Positions 9,808-17,648 of a stretch of 36,770 nucleotides of DNA are shown one piece after another (position 1 is the first letter of the stretch; every line of letters begins with the position of its first letter). The DNA is taken from positions 1 through 36,770 of the forward strand of contig DASXSW010000252.1 of NCBI GenBank assembly GCA_036505755.1, given 5' to 3'. Source of the DNA: Candidatus Binatia bacterium (lineage in GTDB: Bacteria > Desulfobacterota > Binatia > UBA9968). Under the pieces are notes generated by a model. That model saw only the letters and a list, made by a program, of their open reading frames with translations, did no database searches and was not told the origin of the DNA. The translations under genes were made by a program, and so were the position numbers.

Positions 9808-10674
9808 CTAAAGTTTTTCCCACGAAATTAGAAAGACCCCTATGATCACCAGACCTATCGCGCCGATCTTGCGCCGCGTGAGTTGCTCGACACCTTTCAG
9901 AAACAACGCGGAGAGCGGCAGGATGAAAAGCGAAGAGCCGTTGATGAGCGGCGACATGAGGGAAACGCGCTCCATGCTGAGGGCGGTGTAGGCGAAGACA
10001 TACGAAAGAAAGTTCATGAATCCGGCGACGGCAAAGAGCCCAAAGCCGCGCCGTACCGATTTGCCAAGCGGCTGTTTTTTCTCAAACGCGAGATAGATGA
10101 TAGACATCGTAACGAACGAGGTGGTCGCCGCAATCGCGGCGCCCACGATCGGCGAATCGATGTGCAATAGGCCGAAGCGCACCATGTTGTCGCGGGCGGC
10201 GAACAGAAAAGCAGAAGTAAGCGGGAACAGGAGATCACGCGTGCGCCAGGTCTTGGTGGCACCCTTCCAAGACAGAGCGATGATGCCGGAGACAATGGAA
10301 AGTGTGCCGAGAAGATTGGTCACGGTGGGTCGTTCTTGCAGAAATGCAATGGCGAAGAAGGTGGCGAAAAGTGGTGTGCTGTTGGTTAAACACGACGTTA
10401 TGGATGCGCCGAGTCGCTCCATTCCTTTGAACATGAAAAAACGCGCGACGCCGGGAACGAAAATGCCGACCAAAACGAAAATGAGATTGGCGGACGTCCC
10501 AAGGTCGATGCTGTCGACGAAGAGCACGACGTAAAGCCAAAGAAACAGCGCGTTGACGCCTAGGTTGGTCAGCAAGCCGCGAAAATAGTCGATTGCCAGC
10601 ACTCCCCGGTTGATGAGGATCATGGACGCGGCGAACCAAAAGGAAGCAAAGAGGCCAAGGATGATGGCGAGCAT
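9808..10674 (-). CDS. EamA/DMT-superfamily transporter
   Basis: 288 aa with about 10 hydrophobic helices arranged as two similar halves by eye, as expected for drug/metabolite transporter (EamA) proteins. Confidence 0.75.
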   Translation of the reverse strand: MLAIILGLFASFWFAASMILINRGVLAIDYFRGLLTNLGVNALFLWLYVVLFVDSIDLGTSANLIFVLVGIFVPGVARFFMFKGMERLGASITSCLTNSTPLFATFFAIAFLQERPTVTNLLGTLSIVSGIIALSWKGATKTWRTRDLLFPLTSAFLFAARDNMVRFGLLHIDSPIVGAAIAATTSFVTMSIIYLAFEKKQPLGKSVRRGFGLFAVAGFMNFLSYVFAYTALSMERVSLMSPLINGSSLFILPLSALFLKGVEQLTRRKIGAIGLVIIGVFLISWEKL

Positions 10675-11130
10675 GGGACGTTTTGGCCGACCTTATCCCG
10701 CGACGGCTGCCGGTTCAAATCATTCGGTTTCCTCTCGGATCTAACTCAGTCGCTGTTGGCAAGCCGGACGGTCAGAAAGATTCACAAAACTTGAATTTGT
10801 CGTCTCATGGGTAAATTCACCCTGCCAGTGAGTCGGACGCAGTCGAAGCGAGGCGCGCTGGTGTTTCATTGCGAGGGTTCGTAAGCCGCGTTGGCCTGCT
10901 CACCATTTTGTCGGGACACACAAAATTCCCCTCGATGTGGCGTCCTCTCCTTGTCCTGACAGCGCGGAGACTTGTATTTTTCGGCATACTGAGGTTTTCG
11001 TAGCGACAGTACCCGCACAAGTCTTTTCATCCTTCTTCTAAATGTAACTCGGCTGCCTTTGCGTGGCTGGGTCGATGTGTTACGTATGTGAGGCTACCGC
11101 TTTTCACAACACGGCTGGAACCCGCAACCC

Positions 11131-12444
11131 ATGCCAGAAAAGAATTTCACACCTTCTGAGCTCTACGAAGCCTGGCCCGTGCTTTCGTTGGAAGAACGCG
11201 TCGAAGGATTCGAATATTTAGCACGGGACGATGCTGACGACTTTTTCTTGCAGCTGAACGCGCGCGATCGCGCTGCACTTCTGCTCGCCCTTCCGTTGGG
11301 CGAACGGCGCTTGTGGATGCGACTGCTCGCGCCGGATGACGCCGCCGACCTGATTCAAGAAGTTCCAGTTGAAGAACGCGACAATATGCTTTCATTACTT
11401 GACGAGGCGACGCGGCGGGAAGTCAAGGGGCTTCTCGACTACGCCGAGGACGAAGCCGGCGGGCTAATGAATACGCGCTATTCCCGCCTGCGCACCGGCA
11501 TGACGGTCGACGAGGCGATCAGTTATCTGCGTAGAGACGCGCGCTCACGGGAGAAGACGGTATATTACGTTTTTGTCGTGGACTCGGAAGAACATCTGCT
11601 CGGCGTGGTATCATTCCGCGATCTTTTGGTTGCGCCGGGGGACAAGCTTGTCCGGGACATCATGCGCACTGAAGTGATTTCGGCCCCGGAAGATCTGGAT
11701 CAAGAGGCGCTCAGCAAGCTTTTCATGCGCCATCATCTGCTCATGATGCCGGTTGTCGACGCAGAAGGACGAATCAAAGGTGTCGTCAACCTCAATGACA
11801 TCGTCGATGTGGTCCAAGAAGAAGCGACCGAAGATATTCAAAAACTCGGTGGCGTGGAAACACTGGAGGAACCTTATCTTCAGGTGCCGTTATTGCGGAT
11901 GATTCGCAAGCGAGCAGGCTGGTTGGCTGCTCTCTTCCTAGGAGAGATGCTCACCGCCACCGCAATGGGCCAATTTGAGGCCGAGATTGCGCGCGCGGTG
12001 GTGTTGGCGTTATTCGTGCCGTTGATCATCAGCAGCGGCGGCAATTCTGGATCGCAAGCCACTACGCTCGTGATTCGTGCAATGGCCTTGGGGGAAGTTC
12101 GACTGCGCGATTGGTGGCGTGTGATTCGGCGCGAAGTCGTCACGGGTCTCGCGTTGGGCGCGATCTTGGCCTCGATCGGTCTGGTTCGCATTCTCCTATG
12201 GCAGGGGCTGTTCAACGCCTACGGCGAACACTATTTTCTCGTGGCTTTAACAGTTGCGTTTAGCCTTATAGGCGTTGTCTTATGGGGGGCGGTGGCTGGG
12301 TCGGTTCTGCCTTTCGTCTTACGCGGGTTAGGCTTCGATCCCGCGAGCGCGTCCGCGCCATTCGTAGCGACTTTGGTCGACGTGACGGGCTTGGTGATTT
12401 ATTTCACCGTCGCGGCAGCGGTTTTGCGGGGCACGTTGCTCTAG
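11131..12444 (+). CDS. mgtE: magnesium transporter MgtE
   Basis: 437 aa. The acidic N-domain, the CBS pair (LLGVVSFRDLL ... IKGVVNLNDIVDV) and the C-terminal 5-TM domain (PLIISSGGNSGSQA, ATLVDVTGLVIYF) are diagnostic of MgtE. Confidence 0.9.
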   Translation: MPEKNFTPSELYEAWPVLSLEERVEGFEYLARDDADDFFLQLNARDRAALLLALPLGERRLWMRLLAPDDAADLIQEVPVEERDNMLSLLDEATRREVKGLLDYAEDEAGGLMNTRYSRLRTGMTVDEAISYLRRDARSREKTVYYVFVVDSEEHLLGVVSFRDLLVAPGDKLVRDIMRTEVISAPEDLDQEALSKLFMRHHLLMMPVVDAEGRIKGVVNLNDIVDVVQEEATEDIQKLGGVETLEEPYLQVPLLRMIRKRAGWLAALFLGEMLTATAMGQFEAEIARAVVLALFVPLIISSGGNSGSQATTLVIRAMALGEVRLRDWWRVIRREVVTGLALGAILASIGLVRILLWQGLFNAYGEHYFLVALTVAFSLIGVVLWGAVAGSVLPFVLRGLGFDPASASAPFVATLVDVTGLVIYFTVAAAVLRGTLL

Positions 12445-12577
12445 CGCGTCTTCGCCTCGCTCAGAATTTCACATCTCAATTTGCTATTGCGGTAAAACTA
12501 GACGGTGCTTTTTCGCACCCGGGGATTGCGCTATGATTCGTCTCACGACGGTTGGGTAAACGTCTTGTGTCAGTCCG

Positions 12578-13960
12578 ATGAACAACATCCTTACAAAGCT
12601 CTCAACGTGGATCGATCCCGTGCGGATCTCCACCGACTCAAGGCAATTGGATGAACTCTCCTGGGATGCCCTCAGTGAAGGGCGAATCCATCCGCACCAT
12701 CATCCGCCGCTTCAATCGCCGATTTGCGTGATAACACCGCAATCCACGGACGAGGTCCGTCGCATCGTGCAGTTTGCCAACGCGGAAAAAATTTCGATCG
12801 TGCCATTCGGCGGGGGCTCGGGGCTCATGGGAGGCGCATTGTCGATCCGACCCAGCATGGTCATCGATCTGCGCGCTATGAATCGCATACTCGAAATTGA
12901 CGTTGAGGCGCGTGCTGCCCGCGTGCAGTCGGGCGTTGTTCTTGAGTCGTTTGACGAGAAGTTGAATGACGTGGGTTTCATTCTGGGACATGATCCGTGG
13001 ACGGTCCCCGTGGCCACAATCGGCGGCGCGATTTCGACGAACAGTGTCGGCTATCGAGCCGGGATCTACGGCTCCATGGGCGAACAGGTATTAGGTTTGG
13101 AAGCGGTGATGCCGAGCGGAGAGATTCTCCGCACGCGCGCGGTGTCAAAGCATTCAGCGGGGCTCGATCTCAATGCGCTTTTGATTGGCGCTGAGGGTTG
13201 TTTTGGGATCATCACGGAGGCGACCGTCAGAATTTTTCCAAAGCCCGAGACGCGTCTGTTCAGCGGCTATCTCTTTTCTTCCTTCGAACAGGGCTATGCC
13301 GCAATTCAGCACATGTTTCAGCGGCGTCTACGACCCGCAATGCTCGACTACGGCGACGATGAAGACAGGCACGAGCCCGGCGCATTGCTCTATCTGGTTT
13401 TCGAAGGCAACGAAGCGATCGTCGCGACGGAAGAGAAACAGGCAGCCACAATCTGTGCGGAGCACGGCGGCAAGCCGCTCAGCCGCAGAGAGCCAGAAGA
13501 GTTTTGGCGCGGACGTCATGAGATTGCGCGCCGCTTCATGCGCAATCGGCGCCAGCGTCGCGAGCGCGCCCGGGACGGAGTCTATCGCGATTGGATTCAC
13601 GTCGCGCTGCCAGCATCGAAAGTGCTCGCCTTTAAAAGCGCCGCGCAAGAAGTCATCAAACGGCGCAACGTGCGCTTACAGGAGAGCGGGTTGTGGGTGC
13701 AACCGGAGCTGTTTTCCATGCGGCTGGGCGCTGACGATGACGACACGCCGAACGCTCAACTCGCTTTGGAGGAAACCATCGAAGAGTTGCTCCGGCTAGT
13801 GCAGCAGATCGGCGGGTCGATGGAATACACCCACGGTGTCGGAGTAAAGCTGGCACCGCTCATGGCGGAAGAGCACGGCTATGGTCTGGAAGTGATGCAG
13901 CAAATCAAAAGAGCGCTGGATCCAAACAACATCATGAATCCCGGTAAAATGGGTCTCTGA
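12578..13960 (+). CDS. FAD-binding (PCMH-type) oxidoreductase, GlcD/alkyl-DHAP-synthase-like
   Basis: 460 aa. The FAD-binding domain pattern (VPFGGGSGLMGGA, IGGAISTNSVGYRAGIYG, LIGAEGCFGIITEATVRIFPKP) and the C-terminal LDPNNIMNPGK are typical of FAD-linked oxidases. Confidence 0.8.
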   Translation: MNNILTKLSTWIDPVRISTDSRQLDELSWDALSEGRIHPHHHPPLQSPICVITPQSTDEVRRIVQFANAEKISIVPFGGGSGLMGGALSIRPSMVIDLRAMNRILEIDVEARAARVQSGVVLESFDEKLNDVGFILGHDPWTVPVATIGGAISTNSVGYRAGIYGSMGEQVLGLEAVMPSGEILRTRAVSKHSAGLDLNALLIGAEGCFGIITEATVRIFPKPETRLFSGYLFSSFEQGYAAIQHMFQRRLRPAMLDYGDDEDRHEPGALLYLVFEGNEAIVATEEKQAATICAEHGGKPLSRREPEEFWRGRHEIARRFMRNRRQRRERARDGVYRDWIHVALPASKVLAFKSAAQEVIKRRNVRLQESGLWVQPELFSMRLGADDDDTPNAQLALEETIEELLRLVQQIGGSMEYTHGVGVKLAPLMAEEHGYGLEVMQQIKRALDPNNIMNPGKMGL

Positions 13961-14100
13961 TTGATTCAAGAAGGTTTTCTTTGATCGTTTTGCCAGTGGC
14001 AAAACCGTTTCTTGCGTCGGGAAATTCCAAAAGCTACTATTCTGGTGGGCCATATGTCTCTAGCTGTAACTTCGTTCGCTGGAGAGTGCGCGGTCTGGTC

Positions 14101-15294
14101 ATGAAACAAATCTTGGCTTTGATCTTGTCGGTCAGTTTGGTTGCGAGCTGCGCGACGGCTCCGTACACGGGCAGAAGTCAGGTCATTTTGGTTTCAGAGG
14201 GCCAAGAGGCGTCCCTCGGCGACGACGCTTATCGGCATCATTTACGCGATAGCGTGGTGACGCACGACGCCGATGCCGAACGGATCGTGCGCAAGGTCGG
14301 CGAGCGAATCGCTCGCGCAGCAAACAAACCCGACTACAAGTGGGAGTTTACTGTCATTAACGATCCGGAAACGGTGAATGCTTTCGCCGTGCCGGGTGGC
14401 AAGGTCGCCGTTTACACCGGCATTTTCGGCCCGGCGCGAGACGAAGCCGGACTGGCAGTGGTCCTGGGTCATGAGGTAGCCCATGCGCTGGCGCGCCATC
14501 CGGCGGAACGAATGAGTCAGGGTATGTTGCTGCAACTTGGCGGAGTTGGTCTCGGCGTCGCGCTCGGGCGAAATCCAGCTCTGGCCAATCAAGTGTTGCA
14601 AGCTTATGGGATAACCGCTGGTGTCGGTGTGGCGTTGCCGTTTAGCCGGTCGCAAGAGACGGAGGCCGATAGGATCGGTCTCATTCTGATGGCCAAAGCA
14701 GGCTATGATCCTCGTACTGCGCTGGAGTTATGGGAACGGATGGAGAAAAAGGAGGGTGGCAAAGGCGCCCCGCCAGAATTCCTTTCGACGCACCCGGGTT
14801 ATGAAACACGGATCCACCAGTTGGGTTCCTTCTTGCCGGAAGCGCTCAACTACTATCACGCGAGCGCCGCGCGAATCGAGACACTGCCGTCGCCGCAGTC
14901 GCTCGACACCGCGACCGCCAAGTCCGAGCGTGAACTTTTAAAACGCATGTCGGCGATCAACCGTTTTGTGGAAGAGCAGAGTGGGGAGCGCCCCGTCGTC
15001 GAAGCGTTGGCGTACGAGCTGCGCACCAGTCCACAAATCGTGTTTCAAGAGCGCCAACAGCTTCGAGTAGGGTATGGCCAGTACGCGGCACTACGCGGGG
15101 TTTCATATTTGGGCCGCGGTTCCATTAATCGAGTAGTGGAGCAGTACCAACGCGGCCTGTCCTGGTCGGAAATTACTTCCAACAATGGCAGCAGGCTAAA
15201 TGAGTTGACGGTCTGGATCGGCGATGTCATGCGCACGACCAATAATATGGGCCGTCAGCTAAGAAACCAGCAGCCTCGGCCGAACGTTCGTTGA
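14101..15294 (+). CDS. M48-family zinc metallopeptidase lipoprotein with uncharacterised C-terminal extension
   Basis: The frame is open from 13981, but the ATG at 14101 gives a lipoprotein signal peptide with lipobox (MKQILALILSVSLVASC). It has the HExxH motif (LGHEVAHALARH), a downstream ETEADRIG and STHPGYETRI. About 150 further residues have no motif I recognise. Confidence 0.8.
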   Translation: MKQILALILSVSLVASCATAPYTGRSQVILVSEGQEASLGDDAYRHHLRDSVVTHDADAERIVRKVGERIARAANKPDYKWEFTVINDPETVNAFAVPGGKVAVYTGIFGPARDEAGLAVVLGHEVAHALARHPAERMSQGMLLQLGGVGLGVALGRNPALANQVLQAYGITAGVGVALPFSRSQETEADRIGLILMAKAGYDPRTALELWERMEKKEGGKGAPPEFLSTHPGYETRIHQLGSFLPEALNYYHASAARIETLPSPQSLDTATAKSERELLKRMSAINRFVEEQSGERPVVEALAYELRTSPQIVFQERQQLRVGYGQYAALRGVSYLGRGSINRVVEQYQRGLSWSEITSNNGSRLNELTVWIGDVMRTTNNMGRQLRNQQPRPNVR

Positions 15295-15389
15295 AGGCCC
15301 TAGACGCCGGTCGGACCGTCCCAATCAGACGCGTTTGCATGCGACGCCCCTTGAGTCGAAGATATGAGCCGTGAGCGGTGAGGGTGGCT

Positions 15390-15418
15390 TTGACAACGAA
15401 GAAGAATCGATATAAATA
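15390..15418 (+). promoter_or_regulatory. sigma70-like promoter candidate
   Basis: Consensus -35 TTGACA at 15390-15395, a 17-nt spacer, then -10-like TAAATA at 15413-15418. An alternative reading is TATAAA at 15411-15416 with a 15-nt spacer. Confidence 0.5.
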
Positions 15419-15424
15419 AATTGT

Positions 15425-15524
15425 TAAGGGCTTTGGTCGGAGTGAATCGAATTAGCACCAAAACGATATCTAACTACCAGCATTGCAGTTTTAGAAATGC
15501 ACCCAAACGGGTGCATTTTTTTTT
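15425..15524 (+). ncRNA. candidate ~100-nt small RNA or terminator-containing 5' leader of the COG1579-rnhA-rnpB unit
   Basis: It lies between the promoter candidate above and an intrinsic terminator. There is an internal hairpin TTTGGT...ACCAAA. No ORF of note is present on the + strand. The 5' end is only estimated from the -10 position. Confidence 0.35.
15495..15524 (+). terminator. rho-independent terminator
   Basis: A 10-bp perfect stem AAATGCACCC (15495-15504) / GGGTGCATTT (15509-15518) with an AAAC loop. It runs into 9 consecutive T (15516-15524). Confidence 0.75.
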
Positions 15525-15545
15525 GCTAAATGGGGGGAAGCACAG

Positions 15546-16277
15546 TTGCATACGCAAATCGAGATATTGGCTTCGCTGCAAACCGTTGATCGCGAAATAA
15601 AGGAGCACACCGGTCGCAAGCAAGGTTTGCTTAGCGAGATCGAAAGTAAGGAGCATCAAATTCAAGCCAAAAAACGTGAAATCGAAACACTGGCTGCCGT
15701 CTATGCCGAAAAGGAAAAATTACGCTTGGAAAAGGATCGCGTTTTTCAGGATGAAGGCAAGAAGGCGATGGACAAGCGGATGCGTATGAACCGCATCAAA
15801 AACACAAAAGAACTTCAAGCATTGCAGCGCGAAATCGAACAGTTGAAACAAAACAACAGTGACCTAGAGGAAAATCTCATCACAATTATGGAAGAAATCG
15901 ACGGCATCAAGGCGCAAATTCAGGCCAAGGAAGCGGAAATGGCAGCGATGCAGAACGAGTGGCAGAAAAAGCAACAGGAACTTAAGGGACAGATCTCGGG
16001 TATCGACCAAGCTGTTTCAGAGGCGGCGAGCCGTCGACGGAGTATCGCCTCCCAGGTAGCCGGAGAATTGATTTCCCGTTACGAGCTCATTTTTTCTCGA
16101 CGTGGAGGGACGGCTGTGGTCGAGGTTGCGGGTGGCATTTGCCAAGGATGTTATATGAATATTCCGCCGCAGCTGTGGAATGAAATCATCAAAAGCGAAA
16201 AACTCAACCTATGTCCAAGTTGCCAGAGAATTCTATACTTTAAGCCTGGGGCGGAACAACAGGCCAAGTCGGCTTAG
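15546..16277 (+). CDS. COG1579-type coiled-coil protein with C-terminal C4 zinc ribbon
   Basis: 243 aa with a TTG start preceded by a GGGGGAAG SD-like sequence. The long heptad-rich, charged coiled coil ends in CQGCYMNIPPQ...LNLCPSCQRILY (CxxC...CxxC). Confidence 0.75.
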   Translation: MHTQIEILASLQTVDREIKEHTGRKQGLLSEIESKEHQIQAKKREIETLAAVYAEKEKLRLEKDRVFQDEGKKAMDKRMRMNRIKNTKELQALQREIEQLKQNNSDLEENLITIMEEIDGIKAQIQAKEAEMAAMQNEWQKKQQELKGQISGIDQAVSEAASRRRSIASQVAGELISRYELIFSRRGGTAVVEVAGGICQGCYMNIPPQLWNEIIKSEKLNLCPSCQRILYFKPGAEQQAKSA

Positions 16278-16460
16278 CGACGCGCAAAATCCCGTGCGGC
16301 GCAAGACGACCCCATTTTTCAACGGGCTCTAGTCGTTCTAATCGAATACAAATTGACACCGGCGCGATTCTTGCCCTCGATGAGAGCGCAGTTCGCACAC
16401 TGTCATCAGCAAGCTTTTACTCCCCACTGCGCGAGTCGAGCAGTCTTAATTCAGCCAGCC

Positions 16461-16883
16461 ATGTCGGAAGCGCAAAAACCGTGGCTTGTAATGGTCGACG
16501 GCGCGTCGCGAGGCAACCCGGGCCAAGCCGGCTGCGGCGCGGTGATCTGCGACGAAAATGGCGCGGTCGTGAAAGAAATGAGCCGACATCTCGGTCACGC
16601 AACCAACAATGTCGCAGAGTACGAGGCATTGTTGATGGGCCTGGAAGCGCTCCTGCAGTCGGGCCGAAAGAACATTATCGTGCAAAGCGATTCGGAGCTT
16701 TTGGTCAGGCAATTGAATGGCCAATATCGGGTCAAAGACGAAAAGTTAAAAGTGCTGTTTCAGCGCGCGATGACATTATTGCGTCAATTTGACTCGTATC
16801 GTATTCTTCATGTGCGTCGTGAGATGAATAAATTGGCTGATCGCTTGGCCAATCAGGGCATCGACGACGCGGCCAATCGATAA
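16461..16883 (+). CDS. rnhA: ribonuclease HI-family protein
   Basis: The frame is open from 16353, but the ATG at 16461 (MSEAQKPWLVMVDGASRGNPG) gives the canonical N-terminus. The DEDD catalytic pattern is visible (VDGAS, NNVAEYEAL, VQSDSELL, NKLADRLAN). Confidence 0.8.
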   Translation: MSEAQKPWLVMVDGASRGNPGQAGCGAVICDENGAVVKEMSRHLGHATNNVAEYEALLMGLEALLQSGRKNIIVQSDSELLVRQLNGQYRVKDEKLKVLFQRAMTLLRQFDSYRILHVRREMNKLADRLANQGIDDAANR

Positions 16884-16888
16884 ACTGC

Positions 16889-17263
16889 GGGCTAAAGTGG
16901 ATTTAGCGATCGCTCTCCGTGCTCACGCACGAGGAGAGGAAAGTCCGGACTCCACAGGACAGGGTGGCCGTTAACGGCGGCCTCGAGTGATCGGGGGAAA
17001 GTACCACAGAAAACATACCGCCTGGCGCTTCGGCGACGGGTAAGGTTGAAAAGGCGAGGTAAGAGCTCACCGGTTCGCCAGTGATGGTGAACGCATGGCA
17101 AACCCCACCTGGAGCAAGGCCAAATAGGAGGGTTGGGTAGTCCGCCCATAGCCCTCGGGTATGGTCGCTCGACCCCTTGAGCAATCAAGGGGCAAGATGA
17201 ATGATCGCTGTGACTCGAGTTATGGGTCACAACAGAATCCGGCTTATCAATCCACTTTAGCCC
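16889..17263 (+). ncRNA. rnpB: RNase P RNA, bacterial type A
   Basis: The P1 stem GGGCTAAAGTGGATT (16889-16903) pairs with AATCCACTTTAGCCC (17249-17263). Conserved blocks are GAGGAAAGTCCGGACTCCACAGGACAGGGTG, GGTAAGGTTGAAAAGGCGAGGTAAGAGCTCACC, CCACCTGGAGCAAGGCCAAATAGG, AGATGAATGATCGC and ACAGAATCCGGCTTATC. They occur in the same order as in E. coli M1 RNA. Confidence 0.92.
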
Positions 17264-17554
17264 ACAATCTTACGACGCTCGCGTCTTCCCTCCAGCATTG
17301 CCAAATCTACGAAACGAGTACCGGGGCTCAGAAATTCGTTCCTGAGTAAGATTAAGGAGCTCTTACCAGACCAGTCATCTCCCCTATCGACAGCCTCTAA
17401 ATTCGAATTTTGATTGTTGGCTGCCGGGTTCCACCCGAGCCATGTCACAGCGATCTCCTCGGCCATTTTACCAGAGCCTTTAAAGCGTCTTCAGTTTCTC
17501 GCCGGACAAGCGGCAAAAAAACGAAAAAAGTCCCTCAAATTACAATCTTTTTTG

Positions 17555-17583
17555 TTGACAGGTGGTAGAGAGCAAGTTATAAG
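17555..17583 (+). promoter_or_regulatory. Pmra-like sigma70 promoter of the dcw cluster
   Basis: TTGACA (17555-17560), a 17-nt spacer, then TATAAG (17578-17583). It is preceded by an A/T-rich tract and lies about 65 nt upstream of the mraZ ATG. Confidence 0.65.
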
Positions 17584-17607
17584 TGGCGCCTAGTGGGAAA
17601 AGGTGGG
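17562..17607 (+). promoter_or_regulatory. MraZ-box direct repeats (putative MraZ operator)
   Basis: GTGGC (17583-17587), GTGGG (17593-17597) and GTGGG (17603-17607) are spaced at exactly 10 bp. A further GTGGT sits at 17562-17566 inside the promoter spacer. This matches the GTGGG-N5 repeat architecture described for MraZ operators. Confidence 0.6.
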
Positions 17608-17648
17608 ATAAATTCCTCCGAAACTAATCCATTTGCAGTTAGAAAACC

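Noticed and set aside
10712-10721. T-loop-like GGTTCAAATC, suggesting a tRNA or tRNA fragment.
   Set aside because: The flanking bases do not form a T-stem (GCCGG versus CATTC). No acceptor or anticodon arms can be drawn.
10817-11020. A 67-aa minus-strand ORF inside the eamA-mgtE spacer.
   Set aside because: There is no SD-like sequence. The product is Arg/Thr/Pro-rich and low in complexity, with no recognisable motif. There is not enough support to call a gene. The spacer as a whole is flagged instead.
11040-11130. Possible M-box (ykoK) Mg2+ riboswitch upstream of mgtE, suggested by GTGAGGCTAC and GGCTGGA.
   Set aside because: The two fragments are only about 20 nt apart, whereas the M-box spans about 160 nt. 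I also could not find the other conserved M-box blocks, such as the GTGCTAAAGCTC-type 3' segment.
16892-17349. ORFs 16892..17230 (-), 16903..17184 (-) and 17161..17349 (+).
   Set aside because: They overlap the RNase P RNA gene, whose conserved sequence blocks and P1 pairing fully explain the region. There is no SD or protein-like composition.
17467-17554. GCCG...CGGC mini-hairpin followed by an A-run upstream of Pmra, considered as a terminator for rnpB.
   Set aside because: The stem is only 4 bp and is followed by A rather than T on the + strand. On the minus strand the T-run precedes the hairpin. More likely it is just the A/T-rich UP-like region of Pmra.
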